DNA of 63,922 nucleotides, the filler included, from Sphaeroforma arctica JP610 (taxonomy: Eukaryota), in NCBI RefSeq assembly GCF_001186125.1. It is 10 parts of 3 records of this genome, joined end to end, with 100 filler letters (N's around TTAATTAATTAA, not from the genome) between each part and the next. Parts side by side here need not be neighbours in the genome. Positions count along the whole stretch, not along the records: positions 36,536 to 51,539 come from NW_014040541.1; 9 more parts are not named here. One strand, written 5' to 3'. Shown one piece after another: positions 38,407 through 48,335 of this stretch (positions are counted from its first letter, which is position 1; each line of letters begins with the position of its first letter). The notes under the pieces are model-generated. The model was given only the letters and a program-made list of their open reading frames with translations. It made no database searches and was not told where the DNA came from. The position numbers and the translations under genes are program-made.

Positions 38407-41400
38407 TTAGCGAAGGCTAACCTGAGACTCTGCATCTTTATCGCCCTTCGTCACGGCCACGAAGGAGGTGTAAAGTAGGAAGACGCAACCCGCTCCCAAG
38501 ATACCAAAGCATACATACATCCACGTTAGATCTGTGTCTGTGTCTGTGTCTGTATCACTGCCCGTAGCAGCACCACTTTCTGACGCATCAGGCTTTGTTG
38601 TGTCCAGGGTAGCCGAGTCACTCGTGCATGTAAACTCACTCACGTAGCTGTCTCCACTCAGCTGACAGAAGTTTGGCCCATCTGCGCAGTTGCATCCACC
38701 CAACTGAACCTTCTCAACCCGTGAGGTTAGTCCACCAATAACGGTACGTACCGCAATCTCGGACGCGTCTGTCACAGCCACAGGTCCAGTATATGGTACA
38801 AAGTCACCATTGCCTGTGATATCGTATTCAATGCTGGATCCGGGTGTCTCAGTGTTTGCCTCGAAACTTTTGCCTGCAACATTTACACCTGGGGGTGGGA
38901 CACGGAATTGCGTGCCTACTTTCTCAACCTTCGCAAGCTCTCTGGTACCCACCACCTCGAAGAAGCCTGCAAAGTCCTTATCCATAGCCTCCGTGTCTAC
39001 GAACGTTGTGTTGTCGCCTGCAAAGGTTTTGTTGGCCTCGTAGTCCAGCTCCCAGGCGGCCTTGTGCCAACCTCTCTCTGCTACTGCGATCAATCGGGGG
39101 AACATCTGGTACTCGAATTGGTCGTCTGTGCGTACTACCTCACTCCAGACGTGTCCCTGCAGACCTAGCACCTTCGATGAGTCTGTTGGACCCGAGGTGA
39201 TGGTGTAGGCACTGCCGTCTCTGTCCTCAGTATACTCGGCGCATTGTGGGAGATTCTCAGGTGCGAAGGTGAACACCTTACGCAGAGAGGTCGTGTGCGA
39301 AGCCCAATAGTAGCCGCGTTCGTTGATGTTCTTCTCTTGGGGGAAGTCGAAGTACTGTTACGGGTATAGATTGAGAAGTGTGAGATTCTGCAGAAATATA
39401 TCAGTTATAAGTATGCGATGCCGAATTCAGCTCAGAAACCAGCTCTAATATTTATGAACGGACATGATGAACCAGTACAACATACCAAGAAATCGGGGCA
39501 ACTCAGTATGACATCATGGCCTAGATCATTGAAGGTCTGGATAGAGCCATCGGCACCCCAGAAGATGGGATCCCACAAATTCACAGTTGTGCGCTCAGTA
39601 CCAAACTCAGCGTGTTGACTGCCCTTGAGACCATCGTTCCACGCCAACATCTCCTCGACACCGGCTTCGGCCAAGAACTCGGACACTACATAATGCATGA
39701 TATATGCGTTATGAGTGCAAGTGTAACAGAGGTTATGAGTGCAACTGTAACAGGTATGTATCGTAATATCGGTTATGAGTGCAAGTGTAGCAGAGGTTAT
39801 GAGTGCAAGTGTAGCAGAGGTTATGAGTGCAAGTGTAACAGGTATGTATCATATTACCGATACACTTGCACTCATTACCGATAATATGAGTGCAACTGTA
39901 ACAGGTATGTATCATATTATCCTAGGATGGCATAAGCGGTGGTCTATTTCGAACGAAACCATATTTGCACATATTACACATACACACCTTCAACACCCCA
40001 AGTATGAGTAATCTCTTCAAAAGTGATATTGTTAGCCGCGATGTATGCCTGGCAAGCGGGTGAACCTTCGAAAGGTTGCTGACGCATCTCTGGTGGAAAG
40101 CCAGCGTCATCGTATCCTCCGTGTGTGTACACATTCACAACTTCATCGCCACCGTAGTGCCACTTGCGGAGAGGCACACCCACAGCAGTGTACATGGCCT
40201 TGACCTCGGTTATGATCTTCTTAATCCATGCCTGTGCACCGGGCACGCATGGGTTGAGGCAACTCTCCTTGTGGTAGAATTGCACGGTTTGGATAAAGGT
40301 GGTATCTTCAGGGTCGTCCAGACGGTAGGTATCATCAGTTCGGCTACGCATACTAATAACAGCAGCGCGTGAGTGGCCGGGCATATCGAATTCGGGTACA
40401 ACTTCGATATTTCGGGCGGTGGCGTATGTTAGAATCTCCTTGAAGTCTTCGACCGAGAAGTACTCTTCATCCGCATGCTCCTCGGGTCCATAACCTAACA
40501 TAGGCTTCAAGCACTTGGTCTCAGTGTTGTCATGGCATCGCTTGCTACCTATGGTTGTTAGTTCGGGTAGACCAGGAATCTCAAGACGGAAACCCTCATC
40601 GTCACTCAAGTGGAAGTGGAAGTGATTCAGCTTATACGATGCCATGTTATCGAGCAGGCGTAGGATAGACTCTTTGCTGTGGAAGTTGCGGGCCACATCG
40701 GCGAATGCTCCACGGATAGGTAGGCGGGGAGTATCCTCGATCTCAACCTCGGGGATGGTAGTCTTCTTGGTGTCCACCAAACTCAAGATAGACACAATAC
40801 CGTAGAACAAACCCTTGGGGTTGCCGGCAGTAACTACAGAACCATCACTCGCCACACTGAGTGTGTAAGCCTCTTCACTCTCGTTAACAGCTTGTCTACG
40901 CGCAACGGGTGTGGTGGGTGCGATCGCGAGCGTGACCTTGTGTCCCTCTGTGGACCTTGCAAGGCCTGCACGCAACATAAGTGTCGTGACAGCAGCCTGG
41001 ACCTCTGGGGTCAGTACGGAGTCATCAATATTCATTCCCTTGCTGATATCTGCAGTGCCACTTCCAACAGTTGTCTTCAACGGCTGGGGTACAATACGAG
41101 CCGTAACATCATCGGCAGTGATGGCCGAGAGATTTTTGTTGTAGTCGAATCGGTTCTTGGGTGTCATCTTGGTCAAACTTGTTCCGGGATAGCCCTCACC
41201 GTCTACCGTATCTCCAATAGTGGTTGAATAGCGCAGCACTTGTTCGGTGTCGGTATTAGCGATCGCCTTGGTGGCGTTGGTGACCATGTCCTCAACGTAG
41301 AAGCGCGGGAAGAAGTCAGTCTGGAATAGAAGCCAGTACTCCCACTTGACTTGCATGGAGATGGTGGAATAGGGTCCATTGAAACCTGTGAAGTTTGCCA

Positions 41401-44396
41401 TAGGGACAATCTCGTGGTTGTCGCCGGTGACATGGTTGATTGCGAATTCTGTGCTGTTGCTCTCCTTCAACATTCTAGGCGTCGAGAAGTGGATCTTGAA
41501 GGCCGCTGAATCGGTGTAACTAGCGTCTCCGTGGTATACAAAGTCCAACTGAGCAAGTGCGCAGAAACCGCCATCAGCTTCCTTGCAAGTATAATCCCAA
41601 TTACTGATTACAGAATGCGTTATGACCAAATTCTTAGCCAAATCATCGACCAGTGTAGTGGTGGAGTCAGCGGGAGCCTGGCATATGAATTGGTTCTCGA
41701 AAGAGGTGCTATTCAGTACACATACTGTTCCACTGGCGCACGCACAGTTCTCGGTCAGGATTGTCACCGCACGAGACGCAACCCCGCCATGTACAGCTCG
41801 CACTTGGACCTTGGAAGCATCTACTATACCCATTGGTCCTTTGTATACTCCGAAGCCATATCCAGTGTCTGCCTCGATCTTAGCGCCGGGGGTATCATGG
41901 TTAGCTGTCAGTATTCCACCAGTATAATCGATACCTGGAGGAGACACACGCATATTGGAACCGATGGCGGTGAGCTTATCAGCCTCGCGCATACCGAACA
42001 CGCCCATGAATTCATCAATATCCGCATCAAGAGCTGCTGTATCAACGAATGAGGTACCATTGCCGTAGGTTTGCATCGGAACGTATTCCAACTCCCATGC
42101 GGCTTTGTGCCATGCCCGTTCAGCGACGGCCAGAAGACGAGGGAACATCATATGCTCAAGAGTGTCATCATCTCTAACAACCTCTGACCAAACTTGGGCC
42201 TGAATACCTTGTACTACAGGTTTTCGCGCTGACGAAGTAACTTCATATGGAGTTCCGCTACGTTGCTCAGTGTACTCAGCCGTCTGTGGCATGTTGTCGG
42301 GCGCAAACCCGAATACTTTGCGCATGTTTGTGGATCGAGCACCCCAGTAGTAACCACGCTCATCGGGGTTACGTTCGTATGGGAAGTCAAAGTAGAGGAA
42401 GTCCGGGCATGACAGTACAACTTCATGACCCAGATCGTTAAATGTCAATACATTTGCATCGGCGCCCCAGAACACTGTATCCCAAATGTTTACAGTAGTC
42501 CTGTCAGTCTTGAACTCGGAATGATTTGAATCTTTGAATCCATCGTTCCAAGCGTATACATTTTTCACAGTACCAGTCTCGTTCAAGAAACCAGACACCT
42601 CCACTCCCCATGTATGTGTGATATCTTCGAAGTCGATACCGCGCTCTTCAATCCATGCTTGACAAGCTGGAGACTTTGAGAAAGGCAGATCCTTGATGCT
42701 CTCGTCTTCGACCTGATCGTACCCGGCATGAGTATACACATTGGTAACCTCATCACCACCGTAATGCCAAGAATCCATAGTAAGACCGGCCTCAGTGTAC
42801 ATAGCGCCGAGCTCGCTGATGATTTTCTTTACCCACTTCGCAGATCCAGGGACACAGGGGTTTAGACAACTTTCTCGGCCATAGAACTGCACAGTGCGAA
42901 TGAAGGTCGTGTCCTCTGGATCATCCAGCTTGTACTCGGCATTATCAGTCATAGACACAACTGCAGCTCGAGAGTGGCCGGGCATATCGAATTCAGGAAT
43001 GACTTCGATACCCCGAGCGTTTGCATATTGCAGTATCTCGATGAACTCGGCTTTGGTGAAGAATTCAGGGGTGGCGCTCTCGTCAGGTCCAGCTCCTAGT
43101 TGCGGTGACAAACATTTCTTTTCAGTCGGGTCGTGGCATCTTTTCGATCCAATGTTGGTAAGCTCTGGGAGACCAGGTATTTCAAGGCGGAACCCTTCGT
43201 CATCACTGAGGTGAAAGTGGAAGTGATTCAACTTGTACGCTGCCATGTTCGAAAGCAATCGCAGGATGGAATCTTTCTTGTGGAAATTTCTTCCTACATC
43301 AACGAAAGCGCCGCGAGTGGGATAACGTGGAGCATCGAAAATGGCTGCCTCGGGTATCGTGTGTTCACCGACATGTACAAGTCCAACGACGGTCATGACA
43401 CCATAGAACGCACCAACCTCATCAAATCCTTGAATAGTAGATCCAGCGTTAGCCAGAGTAAGTTGATAACCCTCAGCTTTCGCCGCCTCAGGGGCCAGTC
43501 CAGTACCATTGATTGTGACTGTGATTGTGTGTCCAGTAGCGTTACGCATCACACCCACGTTTGCGAGATGTTGAGTGATTGCAGCTTGCATGTCAGTACT
43601 CAAGGTAGCATCATCCAGGTTGATGCCTGCGCTTATATCCACATTACCGACCCCTGCGACTGTGGATAGAGGTTTTGGAATAACACGCAGTCGATTTTCC
43701 TGTGTAGTCACATTAAGCTCGTTGTTCGTAATAAATCGCATTGCCTCCGTGTCCTTAACTAGCTCATCTCCAGTGTTAGCAACGTCTCCAAGAGGTACTG
43801 AGTATGCCTTGATTACTTCGGTGTCAGTGTTGGGGATGACAGCTGTGTTTCCACCGGCATCAACAACAAACCATCGTGGAATCACATCAGTTTGGAACAG
43901 CATCCAGTACTCCCATTTCTGCTTTAATTCTCTGCGTGCCTCGCCCGCTTTGAAACCGGTGAATGCATCAGTAGGTGTTATTATATGATTATCTCCGGTG
44001 GTGTGTGTGACGTTGAACTCAGAATCAAGATTCTCCATCAACATACGAATGCTACTGAAGCGAATCTCCCAATCCTTCTCCAAAACGTCGGTCTCGCCGG
44101 TGTACTCGATGAACGTAGATGCAGAGAAGCAAAACATCCAGTCAGCGTTGTTGCACTCTTGCACAAAATTATCGTGTACTTGAAATTCAATCTGTGGGAA
44201 TGACAAAAAAAAATTGAGATACTGCACACGCCACTGTTTTTAAAAAATTGAAATACAAGAGAAAGTTGTACCGATACAAAAGTTACAAGATACAATAAAC
44301 TACCTTGAGATTTTGAGCAAGCTCGGCAGCGCTTATTGCGTAAGTTGTCGGTAGAAGAACCAACGCGGCCGCAGCGACCACTTGAGAAGACAGCAT
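38407..44396 (-). CDS. Tandem-duplicated GH20 beta-N-acetylhexosaminidase (chitobiase type): signal peptide, 2x [CHB_HEX carbohydrate-binding domain + GH20b + GH20 catalytic barrel + C-terminal beta domain + Cys-rich linker], S/T/D stalk and C-terminal transmembrane helix, ~1814 aa
   Basis: Exons 44304-44396, 39988-44191, 39486-39685 and 38407-39354 join in frame (5445 nt). Both halves have RGAF.DV.RNFH, KLNHFHFHLSDDEGFRLEIPGLPELT, PEFDMPGHSRAAV, WHYGGDEV (catalytic DE pair), LYFDFP...ERGYYW, WSEVVR and MFPRL.AVAER.WH. The C-terminus has the hydrophobic segment WMYVCFGILGAGCVFLLYTSFVAV. Confidence 0.96.
39705..39918. repeat. 24-bp minisatellite (GGTTATGAGTGCAAGTGTAGCAGA variants) filling most of GH20 intron 2
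   Basis: At least five direct copies plus one inverted partial copy (TACACTTGCACTCAT at ~39861). Confidence 0.9.
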
Positions 44397-44450
44397 GACG
44401 AACCACTATATTATATTGTTGGTTTAAAAATTAATAAAGCTATATGTTGA

Positions 44451-44460
44451 TTATTTATAC
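44451..44460 (-). promoter_or_regulatory. Candidate TATA box of the GH20 gene
   Basis: GTATAAATAA on the minus strand about 55 nt upstream of the ATG at 44396. Confidence 0.45.
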
Positions 44461-47400
44461 AAAATGAGGAATCACCCCTATGAATATATGGCAACAGAAA
44501 GTTGTAACGTAATGTATTTATATGTATTCGCGTGCTTGATTGCCACGAGGCCACAGACTAAATCACCTATTCACTTATGCAGTTTCGGATATTATGATTC
44601 CATAGAAAACGACAGCTGTGGGGCTGGGCTCGGTATTTGTTGTGGACATATTTGGAAACAATGGGCTCGTCAAAGGTAGCCACTGGGCCACTGACATGTA
44701 TCCGACTGCATTTTTGATTTCTCGAACTCTCAACACAACACCATATTGAGGAGACTAATGAGCAAATAGCCATATTTGGGATATGCTGCGGGTAGCGGTT
44801 GTGAATTAGAATATTGTGCATCAATGATTCAAATTTCACTGTGTGTACTGTGTAGTGTGTACCAATGGGCAATGTGTGTACTGTGTGGACTGTGGAGTGT
44901 GGAGTGTGGAGTTGTGGACTCTCTGGCTCTCGGTATGTATTTCACCTGCCCCCCTTTTTTTTAAATAAAAAAACATTAGAACCAATTATGATCATCCGCC
45001 ATATACGATATAATTTCAAATATGGCACGTACATATTTCACCACTGACCACATTCATAAGTACCACGGATCATCGGCTTCACCCCTGATCCGTGATGGTA
45101 ACAATATTGAGTATTGAGTATAATTCTCCTGCTGCTGAATGCTCTGAATTGCTGATGCTCCAGCTCCAGACCTAAAAACGTAGTACATGCGTATAATAAT
45201 AGGGACTATAATATCAAATATGACTCTACAGTCTACAACTCTACATAGAGTATATAACTATATACAGACATATCGACGTCTGACGCGCAGCTGAGTGTGT
45301 CAGTGGGTGGGGGACTGGGCCCGCTGGGGTCTGGGGGTCGTGTTACATCATGTGTACAGATGTTATTAGATGTAAGACTTCTGTCAATGTGGAGTGTGGA
45401 CTGTGGACAGTGTGGAGTGACAGAGTTTGCTTGACTCATTGACAGATTGAGAGTATGTTTGTATATTTTATTGCAGATGAATCTGCATTTTTGTTTGCTC
45501 ACTTTGCTATATGTTTTGTTCTTGAAAAATATATTGACTGAAACATGTACTTTATAGATGTCATGACTCATCACTCTTGATACTACTCCCAATTCCTGAT
45601 ACACTTGAGTTGCTCTTCCATAGCTATTGACGAGTTATGTACGACTAAAATTGTATAGAATATTATGTACAGTCTGAGATTTATTTTTTTTTAAAAGTGT
45701 AGCATATGTGAATAGTTGAAGATGTACAGAATATGTACCTCAAGTCTCAGAGTTGTTGAGAGTTCTCATCACTCACCAGTTAGTCCTCAATCTATCTGTC
45801 CTTAGGTCCTTACATTAAACCCCAGCAGAGAACTTGGAAAGCCGAGGACTCTCTACTAGCTCACTCTACTACTGTAGTAGAGACGAGAGAGTATGTGGAG
45901 AGAGAGAAGGACACAAAGGAGGCATGGAAGGAGTGAGGACTGAGGAGTTCAGAGAACTCCAGACGTTTTCTGTTTCTCGTTTCACTGTTTCAGTCACATC
46001 GCACGCGATCAGGAACTTTCAAAGGAATCTTTGTCCTTTGGTATTCGCAAGTCCGCGACTGTGCGTGTGTGACTGTGTGGAGTGTGGACGATTCGGAAAA
46101 GTGTATTATTGGGATTGCCAAAGCTTTTTACCCGTTGGGCCGTTGCCCGTTGATCTTATGATTTCTCAGTTCTGAGCACTAACTCTTCTCTCCTAACTAC
46201 CATCAATAACACCGCCGCAATATATCAATATGAACACTGTGTCGAATATCATGGCCCTCTGAATAAAGTCTCTCGAAAACCCCCCTTCTCTCCATTTACC
46301 ACGACGGAGACTCAATCCAGAGGGCCATGCGAATATATAACAAAACAAACAAGCATGTGTTTTCAATTTTCGGCTTGTCGCCGCTTTCGTATTAAAATTA
46401 GAGTTTTTATAGGCCTGTCTATTAGACTCTTCGTACACAGTACACATTACACACACACCAGTCACCACACACCAGTCACCACACAAAACAAGAAGGGAGA
46501 AGAGTTCCTGTGTAGTGACTAGTGTGTCATGTTATGTCTTGGACTACTGTGTAGACGGCAGAGGCCGCCAGACGGCCAGAGAGTTAGTGGCAGTGGAGTA
46601 AGCCTGTAGACTGTGTCATTAAGTGGCTGTGACCACTAGTCACTTGACTGACTGTGGGAGTGTACATACATACTACATCGGGCAGCTGTCCTTATCGGAA
46701 TGTCGGAACTCGGAGTGTCGGACTATCGGTGACTCGGTGCCAGCAGTCCGGCACTGCCGGGTGGTCGGACTTCCTGGCTCCAGCTTCCCGCCTACCGGTA
46801 TTGGCATCAAATTTCATTGCTGGAGCTGTACTACATAGCTCACAAAAGTGGTCTCAGCCTTTCGGCCCGTTTCGGGGAGGGTCCATAAACCCTAAAACCT
46901 AAATCTGCTCGACCCATTCCGATTCAAAAAAAAATGAAATAAACAAATCGAGATTTGAGGCCAACTTGTACTTTTAGGACGTTCTGGACAACTCAAAGCA
47001 AATCAGACGTGTACTTTTTTCTGAAGAATGTTTACTAAAAAATGCCCTCCCGCCCATCATTCTCATTCAGTGGACTGGGCGTGGGCTTGGCCTTGTGGCC
47101 TTTATTTATTTGTGTGCTATCGTTCATTTTTGACCTTCTTGTCGACCTATATGCACCAAATGTTATTCCTAAATTTAAAACATTCGGGGCTGGTATTGGC
47201 TAATTTTCAATTAATCTATTTATAGTTCTACATATACTGGAAAAAAACTGTGGAGCTAAATGTGAACTTCAGTGAAGTCCAAAATTTCAAGAGTACGAGA
47301 GCTAGTACTATACTTACTATAGGAGTAGTCTACTAATCTTTTCTGATTTTATTTTTTATTTTTAGAAGGAGGCTATGCGATTTCAGTTACTCTCATCTCT

Positions 47401-47629
47401 GACTCTGTGAGTACACATATATACAAATTGAGTGGCAGCAGTAGGCTACTGGGCCACTTAAAAATGGAATCAAAAACAATGGAACTGTCTCGACTCTCGA
47501 TTCTCGAGTCTCAACTCTCGACAAACTTACTCGCGAGTCATAACTGTCTCTTGTATTACGCGGTGAATGGTGATGTGATGCACTGACGCCACAATGATGC
47601 AAGAGTCATGACCCTCTGACGGGTCTGAC

Positions 47630-47914
47630 CCTAAGCTCAATACGTTTTTCCTATATGCGATAAACTTTAAACGTAAACGCAAAAGGTTTTGAGCAATACC
47701 GTTTTTTTAAAGAAAATGCATAGCCCTCTAAATGAAACAGAAAATGCTTTTTGAAACTATTCACAACTGACACAAAGTGAAAAACAGGACAATTCGTGAC
47801 AGTTAGAGGCCGCCACAAAAATGTACCTATTTGTAAACCCATAGGACTATATTTAGGATAAACTTTTAACGTAAACGCTTTTTGCGTTTTAACGGGAAAC
47901 GTTATGAGGTTAGG
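47630..47914. mobile_element. Candidate MITE / non-autonomous DNA transposon remnant
   Basis: Imperfect terminal inverted repeats CCTAAGCTCAATACGTTT ... AAACGTTATGAGGTTAGG (15/18 match), AT-rich interior, and an internal direct repeat GATAAACTTT(A/T)AACGTAAACGC. No clean target-site duplication. Confidence 0.4.
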
Positions 47915-48156
47915 ACTGAGGCCCTGAGGCCTGAGCCTCCTGAGGTTCTGTCCGCTCTGATGAGTGACGGTCTGACCCGACTGACCGGTCTGACAGCTCT
48001 TCTGAAATCTGAGCCCCTCTACATACTACCGCCTTACTGTGGAGCTAGTAGTACTATAGTAGGCGCTGCGAGAGCAAATGAGATTGTAAATACGGATGTA
48101 TTACAGAGTTACTCTAGTATCACTGTATTAGACCACAATCCACATACACACTTACA

Positions 48157-48335
48157 CAGCACTCAGCACTCAGCACTCAGCACTCAGCACTCAGCACTCA
48201 GCACTCAGCACTCAGCACTCAGCGTCCCTCGGGACTGGTTCTGGAGGAGTGGGGTAGTGGAGGATCAGGAAGAGTACATGGAGGATCAGGAAGAGTACAT
48301 GGAGGATCAGGAAGAGTACATGGAGGATCAGGGAG
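48157..48335. repeat. (CAGCACT)n heptamer array followed by a 21-bp tandem repeat (TGGAGGATCAGGAAGAGTACA) x ~3.5
   Basis: Directly visible: about nine heptamer copies at 48158-48223 and 21-mers at 48258-48331. Confidence 0.92.

Noticed and set aside
42894..43988. Long plus-strand ORFs overlapping the GH20 gene (also antisense ORFs over the PDZ, ATG16 and other exons)
   Set aside because: They are antisense shadows of real coding sequence with no independent motifs.
39974..44227. 1417-aa ORF as a stand-alone intronless (contaminant bacterial) gene
   Set aside because: It is exon 2 of a four-exon gene. The signal-peptide exon and the downstream exons join in frame through GT-AG introns, on a contig that also carries eukaryotic exons.
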